Sequence record: MW584166.1
DNA from: Mycobacterium phage prophi88-1
Strand: one strand, 5' to 3'
DNA: 64,000 nt
The position numbers were made by a program, and so were the translations under genes. The notes under the pieces were generated by a model, which had not been told where the DNA came from, did not search any database, and worked only from the letters and a program-made list of their open reading frames with translations. Positions 26,151 through 35,113 of the stretch are shown here, piece by piece (within the stretch, counting starts at the first letter, position 1; every line of letters starts with the position of its first letter).

Positions 26151-27668
26151 ATGTCCGCGGTGTTGAGTCTGGCGGCTGCCCGGTATGTGCGGGTGGCACG
26201 CGCCCGTCGACGGCCGGGGAGCCCCGCTGAGTTGGCGCGCCGTCTCGACACGAAGTTCCGTGTGACACCGACGATCCGGCTGCTGTCGGACCTCGCGGTG
26301 CGATCGGTCAGGGAGCCGGATCAGCGAGATGTTGTCAGCACTCCGCCGCGGACGGGAAAGTCGCAGTCGCTGGCGATCTGGACGCCCGCCTGGGCGTTGG
26401 GCGAAAACCCGGATCTGAAGATTGTGATCGTGTCGTACTCGGATGAGTTGGCGCAGACGCATTCTCGTGAGATCCGCAAGATCATCAACGAGCACGCCGA
26501 GTTCCTGGGATACCGGCTGGCGCGCGATAAGACGTCAGTGGGTCAGTGGCGGGTGGAGGGCCACGAGGGCGGCGTGCTGGCCACCGGTATCAACTCGGGT
26601 GTGACGGGTTTCGGCGCCGACCTGATGATCATCGACGACCCGGTTAAGGATGCGGCGGAAGCCGACTCGAAGGCGCATCGGCGGCGCGTGCTCAACGAGT
26701 ACCAATCGACGTTGTCGACGCGTGTGCATCCGGGCGGCTCCGTCGTGGTGGTGATGACGCGCTGGCATGAGGAAGACTTGGCCGGGGCGCTGATTAAGCA
26801 GGAGCCGGACCGGTGGCGGCGCACCAACATCCCCGCCGTCTCGGACCCGAAGATCCCCGACGCGCTCTGTCGGCCTGCTGGAGTGGCGATGGTCTCCGCG
26901 TTGGGATTCACGGCTGAGCATTTTGTGGCGACACGGCGCACCGTGGGGGAGCGGGTGTGGTTTGCACTGTATTGCGGCGAGCCCACGGCGCCAGCCGGCG
27001 GGCTGGTCAAGCAGAAGTGGTTGGACGATTGGCGGCTCCTACTCGCACCGTCGCGGCCGGTGTTCACCGTGGTGGCGGTAGACCCATCCGATAGCGGGTC
27101 GGGCGACTCGTGCGGTTTGATCGCGACATCGCTCACTGGACAGGGCGTGGTGGCGTTGATCGCGGACAAGTCCAAGCCGATGACATCGGACGAGTGGGCG
27201 CGTGAGTCTGTGCAGTTGGCGATTGACGTGGGGGCCAGCGAGATTGCGGTGGAAGGGTTCGCGGCCCGCGAGACCTACACGCGGGTGGTCAAGGAAGCGA
27301 TCACCCGTGCCGAGGAGAACGGCGCACTGAACCGGCCGATCACGGTGTCGTCGTGGCCGCCGAAGGGCCGACCGCGCGTGGGCGATGCGGTGGCGCGCTC
27401 GGCCGCGCTGTTGCAGGCATTGGAGGTGGGCACGTGCCGGTTGGCGGGCCATTTTCCCGAGTTCGAGGCCAAGTCCGTGGCCTGGCAGGCAGGCCAACAC
27501 CAGCCGGACAACTTGGCGGCGTTAGTGATTGGACACGACGTCTGCGTGCATTCGGCGGGGCTGGAGTGGGACATCGCCGCGCCGCTGACGACTGTGGGCG
27601 GGCAGGGGATGCCTTCCGGCGCCGCGGTGACCGACTTGGAGGATTGGATCTCCCGCAAGATCAGCTGA
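26151..27668 (+). CDS. terL: terminase large subunit
   Basis: 505 aa; Walker A STPPRTGKSQ, Walker B LMIIDDP, C-terminal nuclease-type acidic residues. Confidence 0.9.
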   Translation: MSAVLSLAAARYVRVARARRRPGSPAELARRLDTKFRVTPTIRLLSDLAVRSVREPDQRDVVSTPPRTGKSQSLAIWTPAWALGENPDLKIVIVSYSDELAQTHSREIRKIINEHAEFLGYRLARDKTSVGQWRVEGHEGGVLATGINSGVTGFGADLMIIDDPVKDAAEADSKAHRRRVLNEYQSTLSTRVHPGGSVVVVMTRWHEEDLAGALIKQEPDRWRRTNIPAVSDPKIPDALCRPAGVAMVSALGFTAEHFVATRRTVGERVWFALYCGEPTAPAGGLVKQKWLDDWRLLLAPSRPVFTVVAVDPSDSGSGDSCGLIATSLTGQGVVALIADKSKPMTSDEWARESVQLAIDVGASEIAVEGFAARETYTRVVKEAITRAEENGALNRPITVSSWPPKGRPRVGDAVARSAALLQALEVGTCRLAGHFPEFEAKSVAWQAGQHQPDNLAALVIGHDVCVHSAGLEWDIAAPLTTVGGQGMPSGAAVTDLEDWISRKIS

Positions 27669-27856
27669 GCGGTCGCTACGCCGATCCTTGGACAGTCAAC
27701 ACGCCGGTGAGCGCCAAGGCGGTAATTGGGTCCAACCGGGGGGTAGCGTCCTAAATGGCAATTGCTACGTCATGGCCCTCTTCATCGCTGGAGGGGCGGC
27801 GCGCTCGCTGAATCTCAGTGAATCGTGTCTTCCGCCCAGTGATGAAGGGAGTGTTC

Positions 27857-27967
27857 ATGTCGCGGCGAAAACAACGAAAAGCCGTAGAAGATTGGATCAG
27901 GATTCTGATCTTCTTGCTACGGCTCATCGAGGTTATTGCTGTTGTGACCGGTAAACACTGGTACTAG
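27857..27967 (+). CDS. small basic/hydrophobic peptide (36 aa) MSRRKQRKAVEDWIRILIFLLRLIEVIAVVTGKHWY, toxin- or holin-like
   Basis: Strong SD GAAGGGAG 5 nt before ATG; single predicted TM helix; followed by terminator hairpin. Confidence 0.35.
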   Translation: MSRRKQRKAVEDWIRILIFLLRLIEVIAVVTGKHWY

Positions 27968-28001
27968 CCAGGGTTGAGGAACCGACTGCCATCGGTGACT
28001 C

Positions 28002-28029
28002 GGGGGCGGGGCTACTAAAGCCCGCCCTC
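28002..28029 (+). terminator. GC-rich stem-loop GGGGCGGGGCT-actaa-AGCCCGCCC
   Basis: 9-bp stem with one bulge, 5-nt loop, 35 bp after the small peptide stop. Confidence 0.45.
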
Positions 28030-28108
28030 TACCTGTCTGTTCAGCGTGCGTCATGCCGCAAAAGAGCGCTTATGGCGTGACGCGCACTGTAAAGGAGGTT
28101 ACACCACA

Positions 28109-28173
28109 GGTACACCGTGTCACATGTAAGCGCGGTTACATGTCGCAATCAATACATGTAGCGATTGGTACAC
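28109..28173. repeat. iteron array: three ACATGT-containing repeats (TACATGTNGCG) spaced 16-17 bp, bracketed by direct GGTACAC copies
   Basis: CACATGTAAGCG 28121-28132, TACATGTCGC 28138-28147, TACATGTAGCG 28154-28164; GGTACAC at 28109 and 28167; preceded by AAGGAGGT. Confidence 0.5.
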
Positions 28174-28340
28174 GGTTGTGCGCGCTGGGAGCCGTCATCT
28201 GGCATCACCCCCGACACCTTGCGATCGGCTGGATTCGTTTGAACCACCTGCTATTCGGCTCGTGACCGCCTTGCGGTCCGCCAAGCTTGGATTGCTTGTC
28301 ACTCGTCAGCTCGTCACCGCGTGGGCGTACTTTCCTGGCC

Positions 28341-28595
28341 ATGGCCTCGGAAACCATTGACCCCTGCATGGCGTTGTTACCGGATACGGCGTTGGCGTTC
28401 GCGCTCGGTGTGCGGGTGGCTAGCCCGCAGTCGGTGTCAAACGTTGGGCAGGTGTCGACGTTGACCGCCGAGCTGCAGCGCCGCGGTGTGTACGACGACA
28501 TGCTGGCAGTGCTGGATCCTGAGCTGGCAGCGCGGATCGAGTTGTTGGACAGCGCGGACCGCGGCCAACGCTGGGCCCGGACGGGGAGGCGATGA
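28341..28595 (+). CDS. hypothetical protein
   Basis: ORF 28287..28595; GC3-rich codon usage; start uncertain. Confidence 0.3.
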   Translation: MASETIDPCMALLPDTALAFALGVRVASPQSVSNVGQVSTLTAELQRRGVYDDMLAVLDPELAARIELLDSADRGQRWARTGRR

Positions 28596-28783
28596 TGGAG
28601 TTCGCGCGAGGTGGTCCGATCACTGGGTCTGATCCGACACCGAATTTCACGGAGACGATGCGATGCTCCGCGAACTGGGGAGGGTATGTGATTCCAGCCG
28701 GTGCGGTTTCAGAGGCGGCGGTGCGGCTGATGGCCCGTCTCGATGAAACGGTGACTCAGATCACCGGCAACGTAACGGTTTAG
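28592..28783 (+). CDS. hypothetical protein
   Basis: 63 aa ORF, coupled start. Confidence 0.3.
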   Translation: MMEFARGGPITGSDPTPNFTETMRCSANWGGYVIPAGAVSEAAVRLMARLDETVTQITGNVTV

Positions 28784-28816
28784 GGTTTCCGAGCTTCCGG
28801 GCGGGCCGCCGAAAGC

Positions 28817-29410
28817 ATGTGGGCTTACGGTGGCGTTTGTGTGGTCGTTTGTGTGGTCGGTGAACTTGGTTCCGGTGGGCGAGATTTGACGGCGCCGCAG
28901 CGGTGGGAACCCGATGACCAGATGGTGGCCGCGGCTCTGTCGTCGCCGAAGTCGTTCCGCAAGATGACCGAGTTGTCCGCAGCCGACCGTGCGTGGCTCG
29001 TGGCCGGACTTACCGTCGCAGGCGTCACGGCGCAGGACATCGCCGACCGAACGGGCTGCTCGCTGCGACTCGTTCGCGCGATCCGGGCCGAGGAGATCAC
29101 CCAGATGGCTGTGCTTCTACACACCGAAACCCGGGCTCTCGGTGACGAACTACGTGCCGAGCACATCGAGCACGTCGTCACCCAGCACCAGTTAGCGGAT
29201 GCGCGAGCCGACAACGACCGCCTGAGAATGCAGCTCAGCCAGCTCGTTGATGCCCACGTGGCCGGAACGCTCTCGGTTTTCCCGCGGTGCGGTCACCCGA
29301 AAGTGAAGTACAACGTGTACGAGCATGGCGGCCGCAAGTTCTGCCGCGAATGTGCGCGACTACGCAAGCAGGAGCGGCGTAAATCTAAGCGTTTAGCCGC
29401 GGTGTCCTAA
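28817..29410 (+). CDS. HTH DNA-binding protein with C-terminal zinc ribbon
   Basis: VTAQDIADRTGCSLRLVRAIRAEE HTH; C-terminal CGHPKVKYNVYEHGGRKFCRECARL. Confidence 0.55.
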   Translation: MWAYGGVCVVVCVVGELGSGGRDLTAPQRWEPDDQMVAAALSSPKSFRKMTELSAADRAWLVAGLTVAGVTAQDIADRTGCSLRLVRAIRAEEITQMAVLLHTETRALGDELRAEHIEHVVTQHQLADARADNDRLRMQLSQLVDAHVAGTLSVFPRCGHPKVKYNVYEHGGRKFCRECARLRKQERRKSKRLAAVS

Positions 29411-29447
29411 TTCTGTAGGACAGTTTCTGCGGGATCGGTTTCACCCC

Positions 29448-29894
29448 TTGGTTTTAGCGTCGGCGACCATGAACCTTGGTCTCGGACCCATCGTGCTGAT
29501 CCTGATCATTTATGTGCTCGCTGTGATGCGGCTCGTGCGGTTGATCAACTATGACACCATCCTGGATCCTGTGCGGCTGTGGATCGCCCATCGCGCGAAC
29601 CTGGCGATGATCGCTGCCGATGAGGCGCGAACGGCCGGCCAGCCGGTCACCGCGCAATCGCACACCCGCCGGATGGCGCGCTGGAACCTGCTGGCCGAAT
29701 TCCTCGGATGCCCCTGGTGCGTGGGGTTTTGGCTGTCGCTGGCTGCCGCGGTGGTGCCAGTGCATATCATCTGCTGGCCGTGGTGGGCTGTGTTCGGTGT
29801 GGCGCTGGCTTGTTCGTATGTCGTCGGGCTGGCCTCGCCTCTGACGGCCGACGAATTGGAGATCGTCAGCCGCAACGCCGAGGCCGACCAGTAA
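29448..29894 (+). CDS. integral membrane protein (DUF1360-like, CPWCVGFW motif)
   Basis: 148 aa, 4 hydrophobic helices. Confidence 0.5.
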   Translation: MVLASATMNLGLGPIVLILIIYVLAVMRLVRLINYDTILDPVRLWIAHRANLAMIAADEARTAGQPVTAQSHTRRMARWNLLAEFLGCPWCVGFWLSLAAAVVPVHIICWPWWAVFGVALACSYVVGLASPLTADELEIVSRNAEADQ

Positions 29895-29921
29895 ACACCC
29901 TGCACAGTTACCGTCTGCGAC

Positions 29922-31823
29922 GTGGCCGCCCCCGACTTGCGTGTTGTTCGACGCCGTAGAGGCGACGCGTTGACGGCCTCTGCGCCGCGCGCCTTGACCG
30001 CAGCGAGCACCCCTGTAACCAACTCGGCCCAGATCTTCCAGGCCGGATCGGTCGGCCGCCGGAACAACTGGCAGGCCGAAGCCTGGGAGATGTACCGGGC
30101 AGTCGGCGAGCTGCGCTACTACGTTGGATGGCGCGCCAACTCATGCTCACGAGTCCGATTCGTGGCCTCCGAAATCGACGCCGACAGCGGTGAGCCAACC
30201 GGAAGCATCGCCGAGGACAACCGTGAGGGACAACGGGTCACCGAGATCGTCCGCAAGATCGCCGGCGGCAGGCTAGGGCAGGCGCAGCTGACTCGACGGG
30301 CCGCCGAATCGTTGACGGTCCCGGGTGAGCTGTGGATCGCGATCCTGATGCGGACCGAGGGCACCGACCAAAACCAGAGGCAGGTGGCCAAGTGGTATGC
30401 GGTCACGCGCAGAGAGATTGAACAAGGCCCACGAAGCAACACCGTGACGATCAAGCTGCCTGACGGCACAAAGCACGTGTTCGATCAGAGCAAGGGCGAC
30501 GGCATGTTCCGGGTGTGGAACCCCGACGCCGAAGACGCTTCACTGCCTGACTCGCCTGTGCAGGCGTGCTTGGACTCTCTGCGCGAGATCGTGCGCACCA
30601 CGAAAAAGATCAAGAACGCGGACAACTCGCGCCTGCTGAACAACGGACTGCTGTTCGTGCCGTCGGAAGCAACATTGCCCGATCAGCAGTCGCCGGTGGC
30701 GGCCGATAAACCCGGCGACTCGGCTCCGCATCTGCAACCGGGCCGCCGAGTCGCAGCCTCGCTGCAGCAGATGATCGTTCAGGTCGCCGAGACCGCGTCC
30801 AAGGACGAGAACAGCATGGCTGCCCTGGTCCCGATTGTGGCGGCTGCGCCTGGCGATCACCTGGCGAAGATCAATCACCTTGAGTTCGGCAAGGACGTTA
30901 CCGACACGGCGCTGAACACTCGGGAGAAGGCGATCGCCCGGCTAGCAACGGGGTTGGACATGTCCCGGGAGCGGCTGCTTGGTCTGAGTACTGGAAACCA
31001 TTGGTCCGCATGGGCTATCGATGATCAGGACGTGCAGGTGCACGTCAAGCCCGTCATGGAAATCATCTGTCACGCGATCTACGAGTCGGTTCTGCGCGGG
31101 ATGTTGATTGATGAGGGAATCGACCCTGACAAATACATTCTCTGGTACGACGCATCGGCCCTGACGTCCGATCCGGATCTGACCGACGAAACGAAGGACG
31201 CGTTCGAGAAGGGCGCGGTTACAAGCGAATACCTGGTACGTACCTATGGGATTCCTGATGACGCAATGTATGACTTCACCAGTTTGGAGGGCTGGCAGCA
31301 GTGGGCGCAGGACAGGGTGAGTCAAGATCCCACGCTGCTGCGTGAACTGCTGCCGCTACTCGATAGTTCTGTGCAGGGCATCGAGTTCCCTGAGCCCGTC
31401 GCGGCGCTGCCGCCCGGCCAAGGCGACGGGGAAGATGACGCGTCGGGTGCTGAGCAGCAGCAGGAACCGGACACCGAGGACGACGGCAGTGGTGTGCAGG
31501 CCAGCGCGCGTGCCAATGTGGAACTTGCGGTGGTGGATCTGATGGTGGGCCGCGCTCTTGAGTTGGCCGGCAAGCGACGCGTCCGCACGAACGATCGTGC
31601 GCAGCACGCGCGGCTCAAGGGAATCCCGACGCACGAATATCACCGGTACATGGGCCCGGTCGACGAGCCGGAAGTGTCGCGGCTGATCAAGGGATGGGAC
31701 AGCATCATGAGCGAGTCAGCGTTGTCGCGTTTGGGTATTGACCCCGATCGGGTGCGGGCCGCAGTAGCGCGGGCTGCACGTAAAGAACTGACATCGCAGG
31801 TCATCGACGGACAGGTCGGCTGA
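29922..31823 (+). CDS. portal protein
   Basis: 633 aa; position after terminase; size and acidic C-terminal tail typical of siphovirus portals. Confidence 0.75.
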   Translation: MAAPDLRVVRRRRGDALTASAPRALTAASTPVTNSAQIFQAGSVGRRNNWQAEAWEMYRAVGELRYYVGWRANSCSRVRFVASEIDADSGEPTGSIAEDNREGQRVTEIVRKIAGGRLGQAQLTRRAAESLTVPGELWIAILMRTEGTDQNQRQVAKWYAVTRREIEQGPRSNTVTIKLPDGTKHVFDQSKGDGMFRVWNPDAEDASLPDSPVQACLDSLREIVRTTKKIKNADNSRLLNNGLLFVPSEATLPDQQSPVAADKPGDSAPHLQPGRRVAASLQQMIVQVAETASKDENSMAALVPIVAAAPGDHLAKINHLEFGKDVTDTALNTREKAIARLATGLDMSRERLLGLSTGNHWSAWAIDDQDVQVHVKPVMEIICHAIYESVLRGMLIDEGIDPDKYILWYDASALTSDPDLTDETKDAFEKGAVTSEYLVRTYGIPDDAMYDFTSLEGWQQWAQDRVSQDPTLLRELLPLLDSSVQGIEFPEPVAALPPGQGDGEDDASGAEQQQEPDTEDDGSGVQASARANVELAVVDLMVGRALELAGKRRVRTNDRAQHARLKGIPTHEYHRYMGPVDEPEVSRLIKGWDSIMSESALSRLGIDPDRVRAAVARAARKELTSQVIDGQVG

Positions 31824-31987
31824 TGGCTCACATCGACACGACGCACCCCGGCAAGGTCGTTGCCTACGAAGGCGAGGCGAACGCGAGCTACTACATCGAG
31901 AGCCGTCGGGTAATTGTCGTGGCCGATTCTGGCAGCTTCGCCGACGTATTGGCCGCAGTGGCGGCTCTCAGGGACGAGGTGTGCTGA
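31823..31987 (+). CDS. small hypothetical protein (54 aa)
   Basis: ATG overlaps portal stop (TGATG); MAHIDTTHPGKVVAYEGEANASYYIESRRVIVVADSG... Confidence 0.35.
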   Translation: MAHIDTTHPGKVVAYEGEANASYYIESRRVIVVADSGSFADVLAAVAALRDEVC

Positions 31988-32379
31988 TGGACATCGCATC
32001 CGCGATTGCGCTGGCAGGGCTGGCGCACATGGTGGGGGATTACGTCATTCAGTCCGATTGGATGGCCCAGGAGAAGACCAAGCGTTGGTGGCCCGCTATT
32101 GCGCACGCAGTGACCTATGGGTCGCTGTTCGTGCTGATCACCCAGTCGGTGCTCGCGTTGGTGGTGATCGTCGGTACGCATGCGGTGATCGACCGTTATC
32201 GGCTGGCGCGGCATGTGGTGTGGTTCAAGAATCAGTTGGCGCCGCGGGCGTTCCGGCCGACCCGCACCGCGACAGGGCACGGCGCTGATCGCCCCGATTG
32301 GCTTGCGGTGTGGCTGCTCATCATTGCGGACAACGTGATTCACATGCTGATCAACGTCGCGTCGGTGGTGTGGCTCTGA
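31987..32379 (+). CDS. membrane protein (DUF3307-like)
   Basis: about 130 aa, 3-4 TM. Confidence 0.5.
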   Translation: MDIASAIALAGLAHMVGDYVIQSDWMAQEKTKRWWPAIAHAVTYGSLFVLITQSVLALVVIVGTHAVIDRYRLARHVVWFKNQLAPRAFRPTRTATGHGADRPDWLAVWLLIIADNVIHMLINVASVVWL

Positions 32380-34736
32380 TGTGGCCGGAGCGTGGGGCGG
32401 CGCTGTCTCGGACAATCGAGGCCGAAGCGGCGATCAGCGACCTGTACGCGGAGACGTTGCGGCGCTGGGCACCGGAGGCGCGCGCCGCTGTGCTGCCCGC
32501 ACTGACCGCGGCAGCTGCGTTACCTCCGGACCCTGACGCCGTCTCGCAGACCCAAAGCATGTGGGACCAGCACTCCGAAGCCATCATCATGACCGGCCTC
32601 GGCATCTTGTGGGCAGCATCGGTGTACGAAGCCACGATCGGCCTGGGTGGCACGGTAGCCGACGTGGTCGTGCCCGACCTCGACACCGTGGTGCTGGCCA
32701 TCGTGCTCGGCTCGCTGCTCATGTCCGGCAAGGAAATCGCTGCCGCCGTTGCCCATGTCGAAGCTAACCCGGCGCTCGCCGCTGCGCGCGATGACTTCCT
32801 GGCCAGCCGCCGCGACAATATCGCGGCTACACCCGCGATGGTGCGCGCCAAGATGGAAGCCGCGCTCGCCGAACCGACGCTGACCTTGTCAGTGACCCCC
32901 GAGGACCGACCGGAGGTGTTGCGCGCCAGGGCTGCCGAAGTCCTGGAGCCGTCGTCAAACGAAATGCGTGACCTGGCCCGCCAGCAGGGATACCAGGCCG
33001 CCGATGTGCTCAACAACGCGGTTGTCGCCGCTGCGGCGCAGTCGGAAGAGTCCGCAGGGCTGGAGAAGACGTGGATCTGCACTCTCGATGGCAAGACCCG
33101 GCCGTCGCATTGGGCCGCTGACGGGCAGCGAGTGCCGCTTAAGGGGCACTTCACCGTTGGCGGTGAGCAGCTGTTCGTCCCGGGGGATATGTCGGCTTCT
33201 CCCGCGGAGTGGAAGAACTGCCGGTGCCGCGTCGGCATTCTCGCGGCCGGCGAGGATCTGCCGGACGAGGTTGATCGGCACACTGAGCGCCTCGACGGCC
33301 GGGATTCGGTGGCAGTCAACCGTGATGGGCGCACCCAGGCAGAGGAAATTGAGCGCCGAGACAAGGCGGGCAATGTGCGTGCCCGTGACACCGAGGACGG
33401 TATCGGGCGCGTGGCGTCCGGCGGCTGGGCCGCACCGAGTGAACAGGAGTACGAAATGGCTGAAGACACAGAGACCTATTTGACGTTTACCGACGCGCTA
33501 TTCGCGGTGACCGGTACTCCGACGTCCGATGGTCGGATGCTTGCAGCCGACATCGAGCTAGCCTTCCGCGACACCCCTATGCCGCTGCAGTGGTGCGAGA
33601 AAATGGAAGGCGGCCACTACGGGTCCGTCACAGTCGGCGTCATCGAGGCGATTCGGTTCAAAGACGGCGAGGTTCGTGCGGACGGCTACATGCTCAACAA
33701 CGACAACGCCATCAAAGCGATCGACCTAGTGAGTCATGGTGTGTGCAATCCGTCCGTCGATCTGGGTGATGTCACGATGATCGCCACCTACCAAGACGGC
33801 ACAGTAGTGACAGAGGAAAACTACGACCCTGACCACGAGATATTCGCCACTACAACGGCTGCCGAAGTACTCGCCACCACCATCGTGGCCATCCCTGCAT
33901 TCGGGCAGACAAGGATTGCCCTGAACGCCGAACGCGAGGCGCGCGACAAGGCACTGGTTGCGTCGATGGCCGCCAAATTCCAGCCACGCGTATACGCCCC
34001 GGCCTTGTTCTCCGACCCCGGGCTCGCTGGACCCACTCCGCTGTCGATCGACCCCGAAACGGGGCGGATCTTCGGCCACGTCGCCACCTTCAAAGAAAAG
34101 CATCGTTCCGTTGGCCTCGGGCATATCTCGCCTCCGCGGTCGCACACCGGCTATGCGCATTTCCACTCCTCGCCACCGGTGCGCCTTTCCGATGGCACTG
34201 AACTATCGGTGGGTCGGCTGACCGTGGGCATCGGACACGCACCGGTGTCTGGAGTGAGCAACGCCGAAGCTCAGGCGCACTACGACAACGCCGAGGCGTG
34301 CTTTGCGCTCGTACGAGCCGGAGAGGACGCCCACGGCATCTGGGTGTCGGGTGTCGCAGCTCCGTGGGCGACACCGGCCAAGATCGAGATGGGCTTGGCC
34401 GCGCCCTTGTCTGGCGACTGGCGCCCATACGGCGGAAACCTCGAACTCGTTGCCGTGCTGGCAGTCAACACACCAGGATTCCTGTGCCGCAGAACAACCG
34501 ACTCACAAGGCAACCCGTTGTCGTTGGTGGCTTCCATGTCGCCGCGCCCGGGAGCGCCCGGCACTACAGCGCTGTCTCGCGATGACATCAAGGCTGCCGT
34601 AACCGAAGCTTTGGCCGAATCCGCCCATGCTGCCAAGCGGGCCGCGCTGCTCACGCGTGCGACATTGGCCGTTGGGGATCCGCCGCCGGAGCCATCGCCG
34701 GCTGAGCGGATGAGCCAACTGCTGGAGCGTGCCTGA
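32379..34736 (+). CDS. MuF-like (SPP1 gp7 family) minor head/morphogenesis protein with long C-terminal extension (possible prohead protease domain)
   Basis: ATG 32379 overlapping upstream stop; MuF motif WICTLDGKTRPSHWAADGQ; 785 aa. Confidence 0.7.
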   Translation: MWPERGAALSRTIEAEAAISDLYAETLRRWAPEARAAVLPALTAAAALPPDPDAVSQTQSMWDQHSEAIIMTGLGILWAASVYEATIGLGGTVADVVVPDLDTVVLAIVLGSLLMSGKEIAAAVAHVEANPALAAARDDFLASRRDNIAATPAMVRAKMEAALAEPTLTLSVTPEDRPEVLRARAAEVLEPSSNEMRDLARQQGYQAADVLNNAVVAAAAQSEESAGLEKTWICTLDGKTRPSHWAADGQRVPLKGHFTVGGEQLFVPGDMSASPAEWKNCRCRVGILAAGEDLPDEVDRHTERLDGRDSVAVNRDGRTQAEEIERRDKAGNVRARDTEDGIGRVASGGWAAPSEQEYEMAEDTETYLTFTDALFAVTGTPTSDGRMLAADIELAFRDTPMPLQWCEKMEGGHYGSVTVGVIEAIRFKDGEVRADGYMLNNDNAIKAIDLVSHGVCNPSVDLGDVTMIATYQDGTVVTEENYDPDHEIFATTTAAEVLATTIVAIPAFGQTRIALNAEREARDKALVASMAAKFQPRVYAPALFSDPGLAGPTPLSIDPETGRIFGHVATFKEKHRSVGLGHISPPRSHTGYAHFHSSPPVRLSDGTELSVGRLTVGIGHAPVSGVSNAEAQAHYDNAEACFALVRAGEDAHGIWVSGVAAPWATPAKIEMGLAAPLSGDWRPYGGNLELVAVLAVNTPGFLCRRTTDSQGNPLSLVASMSPRPGAPGTTALSRDDIKAAVTEALAESAHAAKRAALLTRATLAVGDPPPEPSPAERMSQLLERA

Positions 34737-34915
34737 TGGGGTGCGGATGCCGCAGGGGCACACGCGCCGGTTCGGTCGCGTCTTCCGGTGCGACGGTGCA
34801 GAGTTTCGAATACACCGCGCCAGATAAGACGGTCACTTCGTTCCTGACGCTCATTGAGGCCAAGAAGGAACAACGCCGAAATGGTGGCGGCACCATCAAG
34901 CTCATCACCAACTGA
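34736..34915 (+). CDS. small hypothetical protein (59 aa)
   Basis: ATG overlapping MuF stop; followed by strong terminator. Confidence 0.3.
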   Translation: MGCGCRRGTRAGSVASSGATVQSFEYTAPDKTVTSFLTLIEAKKEQRRNGGGTIKLITN

Positions 34916-34947
34916 GTTTCTTAAAGGCTGTTAACCGCAGAGGGATT

Positions 34948-34980
34948 CCCGCAGGTCTTTGACCTGCGGGTTTCTCTTTT
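34948..34980 (+). terminator. rho-independent terminator CCCGCAGGTC-ttt-GACCTGCGGG + TTTCTCTTTT
   Basis: 10-bp perfect stem followed by T-tract. Confidence 0.65.
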
Positions 34981-35113
34981 GGTGGCTGATACGCGAAAAG
35001 CGTGTGCACGCATCGTCTCTACGTTCTGCGGCCAAGAGAGTTCCTGTCATGCGCTATGTGCCGGGGAGCGATCGAACAGACCGAGAGTTTCACTCTGAGA
35101 ACAGGAGCACGCA

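Noticed and set aside
27688-27954. 88-aa and 70-aa (28053..28265) ORFs in the post-terminase spacer
   Set aside because: Low-complexity or poor codon usage and no RBS; the region looks regulatory/non-coding apart from the SD-driven 36-aa peptide
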